Shown here: positions 1 through 10,850 of the stretch, one piece after another
Numbering within the stretch: the first letter of the stretch is position 1
How the letters are laid out: every line of letters begins with the position of its first letter
From: Chloroflexota bacterium
Lineage (GTDB): Bacteria > Chloroflexota > Limnocylindria > Limnocylindrales > CSP1-4
Direction: 5' to 3'
NCBI GenBank assembly: GCA_016191425.1
Contig: JACPOR010000036.1
Coordinates: 3,002-67,001 of the forward strand
DNA: 64,000 nucleotides
Position numbers and translations under genes: made by a program
Notes under the pieces: generated by a model
What the model saw: only the letters and a program-made list of their open reading frames with translations
Told to the model about the DNA's origin: nothing
Database searches by the model: none

Positions 1-1404
<1,404 letters not shown>

Positions 1405-1482
1405 GACTCCCCTCCGGGCTTGGACGCTGCAGTGGTCGACGGTCGGCCGCGGCGCTGGATGGCCAACGGGCGATAGCGCATG

Positions 1483-1546
1483 CTGGCGATACCGCAGGCT
1501 GGCAATACCGCCAGCTGGCGATACCGCATCCTGGCGATACCGCATC
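1483..1546. repeat. Tandem repeat, 16-bp unit CTGGCGATACCGCAKS x4
   Basis: Direct reading of the acs/mscS intergenic gap. Confidence 0.9.
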
Positions 1547-1568
1547 CTAGCGCGCCCGGCTGCTCCGG

Positions 1569-2507
1569 TCAGTCATCCGGCGCGAGGTCATCCTCCGTGG
1601 GGCCGAGTGTGGCCTGTGGCGCCACCGGTGCCGTCACGTCGTGGGTGAGCACGACTCGCTGCGGTCGGGGGATCTCGATGTCGTGCGCCTTGAAGGCCGC
1701 GAGGAGGCGCTTGCGCAGTTCGCCGGGGGCCGCCCACCGCTCGGGAGCTCGCACCGTACCGAAGATCTTGAGGACGACGCCGTACTCGCCCAGCGCTTCG
1801 ACCCGCTCGACGCGCGGGGCCTCGAGCACGCGACGCTTCCAGGCCGGGTCCGAGGCCATGTCGCGGCCGACATCATCGACGACCTTGATGGCCTTCTCGA
1901 TGTCCGTTGCGTACGCGACGCTGACATCGAGGTTCAGGCGGGCCCAGACCCTGGTCATGTTGCTGGCCACCTGGATCTCGCCGTTCGGCACCGTATGGAC
2001 GATTCCGTCCACGTCGCGAAGGGTGGTCCGCCGCAGGCTGAAGTCCTCGACGGTCCCGGTGACGCCAGCCACTCGCACGACGTCGCCGCGGCTGTATTGG
2101 TTCTCGATCAGGATGAGGGCACCGTTCAGGTAGTCGCGGACGAGGTTCTGGGCGCCGAATCCGACGGCAACGCCGACGATTCCGAGCCCCGCCACGGCCG
2201 GCCCGATTTCGAGGCCGACCTTCTGGAGGATCATCAGCGTCGCGATCATCAGCAGGAAGAATCGAATCACCCGGCCGCCGAGGTCATCGAGGGTGTCCAT
2301 CCGTTTCTTCAGCTCGACGGCCGAGAGTTCCTGAGCCGTGCCCTCGGTGACTTCGCGATCCATGAGGGCCTTCACGATGCTGTGGACGAACGGCCTCGAC
2401 CCGCGAACGAGGACGATCGCGACGACCAGTATCACCAGGACGGGCAGGATGTCCTTGCGCAGGATCGGCAAGATTGCGTCCCACGGCGGCTTCGAGAAGT
2501 CCGGCAT
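1569..2507 (-). CDS. Small-conductance mechanosensitive channel (MscS family)
   Basis: 312-aa ORF with N-terminal TM helices and the conserved core [29 protein letters not shown]...[15 protein letters not shown] typical of MscS. Confidence 0.9.
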   Translation of the reverse strand: MPDFSKPPWDAILPILRKDILPVLVILVVAIVLVRGSRPFVHSIVKALMDREVTEGTAQELSAVELKKRMDTLDDLGGRVIRFFLLMIATLMILQKVGLEIGPAVAGLGIVGVAVGFGAQNLVRDYLNGALILIENQYSRGDVVRVAGVTGTVEDFSLRRTTLRDVDGIVHTVPNGEIQVASNMTRVWARLNLDVSVAYATDIEKAIKVVDDVGRDMASDPAWKRRVLEAPRVERVEALGEYGVVLKIFGTVRAPERWAAPGELRKRLLAAFKAHDIEIPRPQRVVLTHDVTAPVAPQATLGPTEDDLAPDD

Positions 2508-2535
2508 GCCTTGAGCGTAGCCGATGACGGGCGGT

Positions 2536-2585
2536 CCGCGATACCGTCTGCCGCGATACCGTCTCCCGCGATACCGTCTGCCGCT
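2536..2585. repeat. Tandem repeat, 15-bp unit CCGCGATACCGTCTS x3.3
   Basis: Direct reading. It shares the core GCGATACCG with the array at 1483-1546 on the other side of the MscS gene. Confidence 0.9.
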
Positions 2586-2655
2586 TTACCACCAGGTCGC
2601 CCGGCAGAACGTCGGCTCCGCGCGGCTCCGGGCCGGTGGGAAACAGGGCCGGTGC

Positions 2656-2748
2656 GGGCCGGGCGGCTCGGACCCGATGCTGCGGCCGTGGTTGGGCCGG
2701 GCGGCTCGGACCCGATGCTGCGGCCGTGGCTGGGGGCGGCTCGGCGCG
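2656..2748. repeat. Tandem repeat, 38-bp unit x2.4
   Basis: GGGCCGGGCGGCTCGGACCCGATGCTGCGGCCGTGGYT is repeated head-to-tail. Confidence 0.85.
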
Positions 2749-2760
2749 GAACCCGCATTT

Positions 2761-2882
2761 GTCAACCTCGGGTTGTCGATCCCATATTGGAGAGCTCGCC
2801 CGCTTTGCCCAACCGACAGATTCACGTCGAGTGGGGCCCGCGCTGCGCGCGTTTGTCGTGGAGTGCCAACCTGGAGTTACAG
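2761..2882 (-). mobile_element. MITE-like hairpin element, diverged copy (family also at 4012, 60119, 62271, 62389)
   Basis: The reverse complement aligns along its length with the 60119 copy: AACT..CAGGTTGGCACTC ... CTCGAC-N8-GTCGG ... GGTTGAC. Confidence 0.55.
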
Positions 2883-2948
2883 CCCGAGGATCGAAGGGTC
2901 AGGTCCGCGATGAGCCCGCGGTGAGCGGTCGAGGCTTAACTGCCTGCC

Positions 2949-3767
2949 ATGACTGCGAAACTGGCCGGCGAGATCGGGCAGTTCGTCCGCACCGCCCGGA
3001 TGCGCCTCGATATCTCCCAACGTCAGCTCGGCCGGGCCGCCGGGGTCTCCGGGGCCTATGTCGCCATGATCGAGGCCGGGACGGCCAACCCGACAGTCGC
3101 GGTGATCGAACGAATCGCCACTGCGCTCGGGCTCGAATTCGAGCTCGCCGCGCGAGGCCCAGCCGTCATCGGCGTGCGCCAGCGCGACCTCGTCCACGCC
3201 CGCTGCTCCGCCCACGTGAGCCGGCGTCTGACGGGCGCGGGCATGGCCGTGGTTCGCGAGGTCGAGGTCGCCGCGGGACGAGTTCGCGGGTGGATCGACA
3301 TCCTCGCCTTCGATCGAGCGTCGGGAACCCTCCTCGTAATCGAGATCAAGACGCGCCTGGACGACGTCGGGGCCGTCGAACGCCAGCTCGCCCTGTACGA
3401 GCGAACAGCACCCGGGATCGCGGCTGCCCGCGGCTGGACGGTAAGGCGCGTTCATGCGTGGCTTCTCCTCCTTGCCTCGGAGGAGGTCGAGGCGTCGGTT
3501 CGGATCAATCGCGCCGTCCTGGGCGTAGCGTTTCCGGTCCGGGCCGCTGACATGCGGCGCATCCTGGATGAAGTTGCTTCCGGCCGCGACCGGGAGGCAA
3601 GCCGATCGAGCTGGCCGCGCTCTCGCGCCGCAGCGCGTGGCCTGGCGGTTGTCGAGCCCCAGAGTCGGAGACGGGCATGGCTCGTCTCGACCCACATCGA
3701 CGGGCGACGGCGCCGCGCACCGTACCGAAACTACGCCGACGCCGCGTTTCGGCTTGGCAGCGGCTGA
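2949..3767 (+). CDS. HTH_XRE DNA-binding domain fused to a PD-(D/E)xK nuclease-like domain (paralog 1)
   Basis: The N-terminus FVRTARMRLDISQRQLGRAAGVSGAYVAMIEAG is a Cro/C1-type HTH. The central WIDILAFD...LLVIEIKT matches a D...ExK nuclease core. It is homologous along its length to 36198..37013. The C-terminal tail may be read-through into repeats. Confidence 0.7.
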   Translation: MTAKLAGEIGQFVRTARMRLDISQRQLGRAAGVSGAYVAMIEAGTANPTVAVIERIATALGLEFELAARGPAVIGVRQRDLVHARCSAHVSRRLTGAGMAVVREVEVAAGRVRGWIDILAFDRASGTLLVIEIKTRLDDVGAVERQLALYERTAPGIAAARGWTVRRVHAWLLLLASEEVEASVRINRAVLGVAFPVRAADMRRILDEVASGRDREASRSSWPRSRAAARGLAVVEPQSRRRAWLVSTHIDGRRRRAPYRNYADAAFRLGSG

Positions 3768-3773
3768 GCCAGG

Positions 3774-4006
3774 CGGGTCGGCGGGGTCGGCGGGGTCGGC
3801 GGGACCGCGGGGTCGGGAAACGCTGCAATCGGCCGCAAGGCTCCCCAGTCGGGCACCGATCCGGCAGCTCTCCTCTAGAACGGCGGGGTCGGCGGGATCT
3901 GGGCGGTCGGCGGGACCGCGGGGTCGGCGGGATCTGGGATCTTGGCTGATCCGCGGGGTCGGCGGGATCTGGGATCTTGGCGGATCCGCGGGGTCGGCGG
4001 GACCGG
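3774..4006. repeat. Complex tandem/imperfect repeats built on GGGGTCGGCGG(GA) and GATCTGGGATCTTGGCKGATCCGC units
   Basis: Direct reading; several head-to-tail units. Confidence 0.8.
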
Positions 4007-4011
4007 CGACT

Positions 4012-4123
4012 CCCAGTTGGCAATCCCGGAGCAATGAGCTCGGCCGGGATGCAGGATCGACGGACCACCGTCGATCCGGGGCATCGTGCGTGCTCGGTCG
4101 TTGAAGATCACCAACCGGTGGTG
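4012..4123 (+). mobile_element. MITE-like hairpin element, diverged copy
   Basis: CAGTTGGCA...GCAGGATCGAC-N8-GTCGATCC...GCTCGGTCGTTGAAG aligns with the 60119 and 62389 copies. The internal 8-bp stem is perfect. Confidence 0.5.
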
Positions 4124-4270
4124 AGCGCCACCGAGCAGCTGGGGCGGCGCCACCGAAGACGAGCGGCGCCAAGCGGAACGCCGAGCCGCAGACCCGCGAC
4201 GGCGGCGCTGACCTGCGCACTCGCAGCCCGGACTGGCGCGGCGACCGCATGCAAGCGGCTCGAGCTCGGC

Positions 4271-4476
4271 GACACTCCTGACAGCGTTGACTGGATCGTC
4301 ATGCGAGCGCAGGCGCCCGACCGGTCACTCGTCGGCGGCTCCAGCGGCGGACTCGAAGCCGAGGTCGCCCGGTGACACTCCGGACCGCGTTCGACTGGTT
4401 CGTCATGCGAGCGCAGGCGCCCGCCCGGTCACTCGTCGGCGGCTCCAACGGCCGACCCGAAGCCGAGTGCCCGGTC
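4271..4476. repeat. 103-bp tandem duplication x2 (~88% identical); the second copy contains the 3' end and stop of the aminotransferase gene
   Basis: GACACTCC..GTCATGCGAGCGCAGGCGCCCG.CCGGTCACTCGTCGGCGGCTCC... occurs at 4271 and 4374. Confidence 0.9.
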
Positions 4477-5760
4477 GCCTGCGAGCTTGCCACGCGCACG
4501 AGCATCGAGGGCAGCCTTCAGCGACTCCTCGAAGGCCGAGACGGCGATGTCGACGGAGTCGTCCTTCGCGTGGGCTTCGCAGACGAACCACGGCTCGCGG
4601 CTGTCCGGCTCGGGCATCGCCCCGCGGACCTGCATTCCCACCGCGACCGCGTCGTACAGCGCGTGGTCCGTGTCCGCCCAGTCGCGGTACTCGGTGGCGA
4701 CCTTCTCGGTGAACATGATCCCGAACATCGATGGATGGCCAGTGAAGTGGAATGGGAGGCCGGCCTCGTTCACGACCTCGCGGAGGCCGTCCTGGATGCG
4801 CCGGCCCGTCCGGTGCACCGTCTCGAGGGCGTCCGTGTCCCGGATGATCTCGAGCGTCTTGACAACAGCCGCCGCCGCGACCCGATTCCCGGCGTACGTC
4901 CCGCCGTGGCTGACCTTGTCCGGGAGCAGACTCATGATGTCCCGGCGGCCGCCGAATGCCGCTGCGGGATACCCGTTGCCCATGGCCTTCGCGAAGGACG
5001 CCAGGTCGGGCGTGATCCCGAAGTACTCCGCGGCCCCGCGCAAGGCCTTGTGGAAGCCCTCCTGCGGAAGGATCCCCTGGGCGTTACCGAGCACGGGCTC
5101 CACGATGACGGCGGCAATCTCGTGACCCTGCATCTCGAAGAGGCGGCGCAACCGCTCGATGTTGTTGAAGCGGGCCGGAATGATCGTGTTCGCCACCGCG
5201 TTCGGAATGCCGCGGCCCCAGGCCAGTCCAACGGGGTTGTCCGCGTCGCCGAGGTCGGCCATGTTGTTGGGCGATACGCTGATCAGGGCGTAGTCGTGGA
5301 GGCCGTGATACTGGCCCTCGAACTTCACGATCTTGTCCTTGCCGGTGAAGGCGCGGGCAAGGCGCATGAGGTGCATGGTCGCCTCCGTGCCGGAGACGGT
5401 CATGCGGGCCATCTCGACCCAGCCGGTCAGCTCGCAGACCAGCTCGAGCGCGCGGACTTCGTCCTCGCTGGTCAGCGAGAAGCTCACCCCCTGCCGCATC
5501 CGCCCGTTCACGTAGTCGTCGACGCGCTCATCGCCGTGGCCCAGGATCACGGGTCCGTAGCCCATCCGCAGGTCGACGAATTCGTTGCCATCGATGTCCC
5601 ACACGCGGCCGCCCTTGCCGCGATCCACGTAGATCGTGTCCTCGCCCCAGGCCCGGAAATTCGAGTTCGCTCCACCGGGGAGGGTCCTGATGGCGCGCCG
5701 GTACATCTCCAGCTGGCGAGCCCGACGGAGCGGGGAGGGGGTGTTCGAGGTGCCTGACAT
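4429..5760 (-). CDS. Class-III PLP-dependent aminotransferase (glutamate-1-semialdehyde aminomutase-like family)
   Basis: The track ORF 4429..6279 was trimmed to the ATG at 5760, which is preceded by GGAGG. Motifs: SGTEATMHLMRLARAFTG, VIVEPVLGN and FAKAMGNGYP (PLP lysine). Confidence 0.85.
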   Translation of the reverse strand: MSGTSNTPSPLRRARQLEMYRRAIRTLPGGANSNFRAWGEDTIYVDRGKGGRVWDIDGNEFVDLRMGYGPVILGHGDERVDDYVNGRMRQGVSFSLTSEDEVRALELVCELTGWVEMARMTVSGTEATMHLMRLARAFTGKDKIVKFEGQYHGLHDYALISVSPNNMADLGDADNPVGLAWGRGIPNAVANTIIPARFNNIERLRRLFEMQGHEIAAVIVEPVLGNAQGILPQEGFHKALRGAAEYFGITPDLASFAKAMGNGYPAAAFGGRRDIMSLLPDKVSHGGTYAGNRVAAAAVVKTLEIIRDTDALETVHRTGRRIQDGLREVVNEAGLPFHFTGHPSMFGIMFTEKVATEYRDWADTDHALYDAVAVGMQVRGAMPEPDSREPWFVCEAHAKDDSVDIAVSAFEESLKAALDARARGKLAGDRALGFGSAVGAADE

Positions 5761-6001
5761 GGTGCCTCCGGGCGCTGGTTGAGTCGCAAGTCGGATATGG
5801 TCCGGGACCGCGCAACACGGCGTTGCGACGGGCGGGACGCGGGTCATCATCGTGCCACAGCCCCTGTGGACCGTCAACGCGATATTCGTCCTTGAAGGGC
5901 CTGCGGCCTGCGAAATCCGTTTTCTCACACTGCCATCGCAGCCTGATGCGCAGCAAGCGAGCCTGCCTTGATATGCGCCGCGGGCCGCGTAGGATGGCGG
6001 T

Positions 6002-7399
6002 GTGCAGCCCGCAGCCATGATCCCCGACCCGTCCAGTCCGGGCTTCTGGCTGACCGGAACCCTGGACTCCGTGGAGCCGACCCTGAGAGGCGCGGCCCGG
6101 TGCGACGTGGCCGTCATCGGTGGCGGATTCACCGGGTTGTGGACGGCGATCCAGCTCCTTGACGCCGATCCCGGCCTGCGGGTCAGGGTCCTGGAGATGG
6201 AGCGCGTCGGATTCGGGGCGTCCGGCAGGAATGGCGGATTCTGTGATGCCTCGCTGACGCACGGTCTTGCCAATGGCATCGCCCATTTTCCTCACGAGAT
6301 CCGGCAGCTCGAAGCGGAGGGCCGTCGCAACCTCGGCGAACTCGTCGCCTTCGTCGAGGCCGAGGGGATTGACTGCTGTCTCGAGAAGACGGGCGCGATG
6401 AGCGTTGCCGATCATCCGCACCAGGTTGACGGGCTCCGCGAGTTCGCCGATGTTGCCGCTGACTACGGGGTCTCGCTGACGTTCTTCGATCGAAAGGCCC
6501 TGGCCGCGGAGATTCGATCGCCGGTCTTCGAAGCCGGCCTGCTGGCGGGCCCGGAGCAGACGGTCATGCTCGATCCCGCGAAGCTCGCCCGGGGCCTCAA
6601 GCACGCCTCGCTCGGTCGCGGCGTGACGATCCACGAGCAGACGCGGGCCGTCGGCGTCGAGCGCCGGGCGGGTGCGGTTCGGATTCGAACCTCGACCGGT
6701 GCCACCCTCCTGGCGCAGCATGTCGTCGTGGCCACCTCCGCCTATTCAGGCTGGCTCGGACGCCTCCAGCGGTTGTTCGTCCCGGTCTATGACTATGTCC
6801 TGGTGTCCGATCCGCTCACGCCCGATCAACTCGCGTCCGTGGGCTGGCAACGCCGGATGGGAATCTCCGACGCCGGCAACCAGTTCCACTACTTTCGGCT
6901 GACCGCAGACGACCGGATCCTGTGGGGTGGCTACGACGCCGTCTACCACCCTGGCAATCGCGTCGGCCCGGATCTCGACCAGCGCCCCGAGACCTTCAAA
7001 CGGCTCGAGCGGCAATTCTTCCGGGCATTCCCGCAGCTGATCGGCCTCCGGTTCCCGTGGCGCTGGGGCGGCGCGATCGACACCACGAGCCGGTTCATGG
7101 CCACCTTCGGCCAATCCCTGGGTGGCCGGCTGACGTATGCCCTCGGCTACACCGGGCTCGGGGTCGGAGCGGCGCGCTGGGCCGGTGGCGTGGTCCGTGA
7201 CCTGATCCTGGATCCCGACGCGGATCGACTCCAGCTCGAGATGGTCCGGAGCGTGCCGTTCCCGTTCCCGCCGGAGCCGGCACGCAGCCTCACGGTCGCG
7301 GCCGTCCAGCATGAGCTCGCGCGTGCCGACGAACGCGGAGGTCGGCGGGGCCTGCTACTCCGAACCCTCGACGCCATCGGTGTCGGCTTCGACTCCTGA
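6002..7399 (+). CDS. FAD-dependent oxidoreductase (DAO family)
   Basis: N-terminal dinucleotide fold DVAVIGGGFTGLWTAIQL...GASGRNGG; 465 aa; divergent from the aminotransferase gene. Confidence 0.85.
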   Translation: MQPAAMIPDPSSPGFWLTGTLDSVEPTLRGAARCDVAVIGGGFTGLWTAIQLLDADPGLRVRVLEMERVGFGASGRNGGFCDASLTHGLANGIAHFPHEIRQLEAEGRRNLGELVAFVEAEGIDCCLEKTGAMSVADHPHQVDGLREFADVAADYGVSLTFFDRKALAAEIRSPVFEAGLLAGPEQTVMLDPAKLARGLKHASLGRGVTIHEQTRAVGVERRAGAVRIRTSTGATLLAQHVVVATSAYSGWLGRLQRLFVPVYDYVLVSDPLTPDQLASVGWQRRMGISDAGNQFHYFRLTADDRILWGGYDAVYHPGNRVGPDLDQRPETFKRLERQFFRAFPQLIGLRFPWRWGGAIDTTSRFMATFGQSLGGRLTYALGYTGLGVGAARWAGGVVRDLILDPDADRLQLEMVRSVPFPFPPEPARSLTVAAVQHELARADERGGRRGLLLRTLDAIGVGFDS

Positions 7400-7451
7400 A
7401 AGCTGGCGCCGGGCGGGCCCGACTCGCGGCGAGTTCTGGAGCCCCGATCGC

Positions 7452-7538
7452 GGCCAGCCCGTTGACGGCCAGCCCGTTGACGGCCAGCCCGTTCACGGCC
7501 AGCCCGTTCACGGCCAGCCCGTTCACGGCCAGCCTGAC
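7452..7538. repeat. Tandem repeat, 15-bp unit GGCCAGCCCGTTSAC x5.8
   Basis: Direct reading in the convergent intergenic gap. Confidence 0.95.
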
Positions 7539-7682
7539 TCGCGCCGCGGTCTGGAGCCCCGATCACGGCGAGCTGCCGCACACGGGCTCGAAGGGGGTCC
7601 CTGAGAGGCCCGATCACGGCGAGCCGCCCACTCCCGGATCGCTCCGGCGGGTCCGGCATCATGTCAACGACGTCCGTGGGAA

Positions 7683-10601
7683 TCACAGCTCCGGCGCAGC
7701 GTCACCGCAAGAGAATAGGCCGAGCTGCTCACCGTGCTGGCCGGCCGCCGGGTCGAGCCCGAGGTGGGGCTCGAGCCCGGCCAGGTCGAACGGTTCGTGG
7801 GCGAGCCATGCCTGCAGCTGGGGCCAGAGGATCAAGTGCCAGTTGTCCGCCTCGATCGCAGCCTGGAGGATCGGCGAGGCGTCGAGCTTGTGGCGTACCA
7901 GCGCGGCTCGCTCCGGTGCGATCACGAGGAAGCGGACGAGCCCGTCGTCTGCCGGGATCCGATTGTGTCGCCGGAGAAGCACATCGCCGAGCATCGCGGT
8001 CCATTCGACCTCGAAGAGGAAGGCCGTCCTGTTGCGTACGTACCAGATACAGTCGACCTCCTGGAGATCCTCGGCCGAGGCGCGGGCGATGGCCGGCAGC
8101 CACGCGGTCTGCTCGCGTCGTTCGAGGAGGTCGCCGAGCGTGCCGGTCCCGAACCGGCGCGCCTGCTCACGCTGGCCGATCCAGACGTTCATGCCCAGGC
8201 GGTGGCCGCCGTCCGCGAGGCGGGCCAGGAGCTCCGTATGCTCCGTGGTTCGACGACGCACATCCTCACCCGTCACGAGTCGATCCGGTGTCGAGTCCCG
8301 GCTTCGGTAGCTTTCGAGGCAGGCCCGGACGAGAGCCTCATCGGGCAGTTCAGGGCCGCTGAACAGGGCCGTGATGCGGGCGAGGAACGCGTCCTGGTCG
8401 AGCGGCCCGGCCGTCGAGAGCAGACTGTAGACGGCCCACTCGACCCGGTCTGCGAGGGGCACGGCCGCGCCTTCGCGATCTGCTCTCGACTCCAGCCACC
8501 AGCGACCGGGCGCGATCTCGCGAAGACGCTGCTGAGAGGGCCTGGAGAGTTCGTCGCGGATCAGCGTGAGGACGCGCTCGATTGGGTCGGTATCGGAGCG
8601 CGGCAGCGGCTGCTGTCCGGCCCGCGGCGGCGGCTGCTGTCCGGACCCCGGCGGCGATGCCGACCCTGACCGCGGGGGCGGCTCCTGTCCGGCCCGCGGG
8701 GGCGGCTCCTGTCCGGCCCGCGGCGGCGACGCCGCCCCGGGCGGCTCACTGCTATCGGACGTGGCCACGAGCCGATGCAGATGCCCGGCGTGGTCGAGCG
8801 CGATCAGGATCTCGCCGAGCAGGTGCTCGTATCGAGCCGGCTCGCCACGCTCGCGCAACACGCCCACGGCAACGTCCGTGATCGTCCGCGCCGCCTCCGA
8901 CATCGAGAACGGGCGGGCATCGATCCGTTCCGGGGCGGAGAACATCCCCGGCCCCGGGACCATCACCGGGTCACCAGACCCGCCCGGCACCGGATCCAGG
9001 GGCCGCCCGGAACGAGTCCGGGGTCCCGGCGGCAGGGTGGCGCCTGGTGGGATGAGCTCCACGACGCCGCCGTGGTCATCGTCCGGCTCGGCCAGCCGGG
9101 CATCCGAGAGCCGGTACCCGGCCCCCACGCCGCCCAGGACCGCCGCAACGAGCCCCTCGGGACCGCCACCCTCGAGCAGGAGCACAACCCGGCCTTCCCG
9201 GGCCATGAGAGGGACGGCACGTTCCAGCGACGCGCGGAGGGCCGCCGATTGCCACGACCACGGGGCCCGTATGGCCGATCCGCCGAGAGCCTCGAGAGGC
9301 AGCAGCAGGGCGGCCTCACGCCCGAGGGCCCAGCACGTGCCGTGGTACGCGGCCGCAAGGCGCTCCTGGTTGAACCGGAGCGGCGGCTGCCCGAGGATGA
9401 GGCGGATACGCGGCGGCCGCTCGGCACGGTGCGGTTCGCGGAAGCCGTCGCCGTCACGTGCCAGCGACGAGAGCGCATCCGGGGTCGCGACCTGCAGCAA
9501 TACCGTGGCACTGCCTTCGACAAGGCTCCGCAGGTCCGTGCCCAGCCGGGCGTCGAGCGGACCGATGGCGCCGCTCTCGATTCGCTGGACGAAGGCGCGG
9601 ACGACCCGGAAGCCCTCTTCGAAGGCCAGCCACGGATTGCGCTCGCGGACTTTTTCCGGGATCGGCGAGCGGATCGCGCCTCCGGCGATGCGAATGCCCG
9701 GCACGCGCCCCGGACCCGTCCCCAGCCGGCTGGCCGGCAGGACCGCGTGGAGGAGCGCCAGGCGGAGCGCCGATTCCACGGGCGCCGCTCGCAGATCGCC
9801 TTCGATTCGTTCGAGGATCGCCGCCAGGCCGACGAGCTGCCGATCGCTGTGGAGATCGAGGATCGCATCCGCCAGGCCCTCGGAGCCTGCCGGGGCCGGG
9901 AAGCGGTCGCGCAGGCTGGCGCGCAGGGCGGACCCGCCGACGTCGGCGATCGCACGCTCGCGATCAGATTCGTCGGGGGCAGCCCCGCGCTGCTCGAGTC
10001 CACCGCGCTGGTCGCGGCAGACCACGCACCGGTAGGCCTTGTGCGACAGGACGGGTCTCGGTGCCTCGTCGTCCCCGGCCATCGGCTCCGAATGGGTCGT
10101 GCCATCGCGGGGGCGTGCCGCCGCCGCGCCACCCTCCCAGGTGAACTCATCGGCGATGAGGGATCGGTCGCAGGTCGCGCAGCGGGTGGCGAACATGGCT
10201 CCGATCGCGAGCTTGAGGCTCGAGTCGCCGCGGGGCGAAGCGCTGAGGGTGGAGAATGCCGCGTCCAGGTGACGAAGGTCGGGAGGACGCAGCACGACCT
10301 CCGCCAGGAGCCGGGTCAGGGGGCTGCTCTCCAGGGTCACGGCCCGCCGTTGCCGATCGATGGCCGCCCGGGCGACCCAGGCACCCCGACCGTGCAGATC
10401 GGCGACGATGTCGCCCGGGGCAGTCGCCGCCTCGAGGCGGGCGACCACGCTGCTCGGCGACGGTGGGGGTGCGAGCCGTTCGAATGCCGGCATGGTGAAT
10501 CCCGGCTCGTCCCGTGAGAGAAGCACTCGACCCACCATCGATCGATTGTCGCAGAGAGCACCTGGGCGTACGCTGGCCAGGTTCCGCATGGACGCGTCCA
10601 C
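7683..10601 (-). CDS. Large orphan protein: degenerate Zn-ribbon methyltransferase-like N-terminal region, low-complexity linker and PD-(D/E)xK-like C-terminal domain
   Basis: 972-aa ORF; the true start may be at 10493 or 10538. Motif-I-like DIVADLHGRGAWVARAA. CxxC...CxxC (CATCD / CVVCRD). QPPLRFNQ-x11-W lies where DPPYYDN-x11-W is expected. PRAGQEPPP repeats. The C-terminus has EVDCIWYVRNRTAFLFEVEWT. Confidence 0.65.
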   Translation of the reverse strand: MDASMRNLASVRPGALCDNRSMVGRVLLSRDEPGFTMPAFERLAPPPSPSSVVARLEAATAPGDIVADLHGRGAWVARAAIDRQRRAVTLESSPLTRLLAEVVLRPPDLRHLDAAFSTLSASPRGDSSLKLAIGAMFATRCATCDRSLIADEFTWEGGAAAARPRDGTTHSEPMAGDDEAPRPVLSHKAYRCVVCRDQRGGLEQRGAAPDESDRERAIADVGGSALRASLRDRFPAPAGSEGLADAILDLHSDRQLVGLAAILERIEGDLRAAPVESALRLALLHAVLPASRLGTGPGRVPGIRIAGGAIRSPIPEKVRERNPWLAFEEGFRVVRAFVQRIESGAIGPLDARLGTDLRSLVEGSATVLLQVATPDALSSLARDGDGFREPHRAERPPRIRLILGQPPLRFNQERLAAAYHGTCWALGREAALLLPLEALGGSAIRAPWSWQSAALRASLERAVPLMAREGRVVLLLEGGGPEGLVAAVLGGVGAGYRLSDARLAEPDDDHGGVVELIPPGATLPPGPRTRSGRPLDPVPGGSGDPVMVPGPGMFSAPERIDARPFSMSEAARTITDVAVGVLRERGEPARYEHLLGEILIALDHAGHLHRLVATSDSSEPPGAASPPRAGQEPPPRAGQEPPPRSGSASPPGSGQQPPPRAGQQPLPRSDTDPIERVLTLIRDELSRPSQQRLREIAPGRWWLESRADREGAAVPLADRVEWAVYSLLSTAGPLDQDAFLARITALFSGPELPDEALVRACLESYRSRDSTPDRLVTGEDVRRRTTEHTELLARLADGGHRLGMNVWIGQREQARRFGTGTLGDLLERREQTAWLPAIARASAEDLQEVDCIWYVRNRTAFLFEVEWTAMLGDVLLRRHNRIPADDGLVRFLVIAPERAALVRHKLDASPILQAAIEADNWHLILWPQLQAWLAHEPFDLAGLEPHLGLDPAAGQHGEQLGLFSCGDAAPEL

Positions 10602-10850
10602 GACCTGCTCGACCGCCTGGCCCGAGACTCGTCACCGACGCGCGCAGCACGCGAACAGCCGCCGAGGCCTGAGGGTGATCCCCGCCGACGTTGTTCAGGG
10701 GATCTCCAGGGGCTGATCAAGATGGTTCATCAGATCGGGCGCATTCACGCTCGGCCGAGCAGCGGACTGCACGGCGATCCAGCAGGGCCACGCTCGTCTG
10801 CGTCGATAGTGATGAACCACATCGATCACGACCGGCTGTCGCTGGATCAC

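Noticed and set aside
6665-6690. tRNA-like GGTTCGGATTCGAACC motif
   Set aside because: It lies inside the FAD oxidoreductase CDS, in frame, and no cloverleaf context surrounds it.
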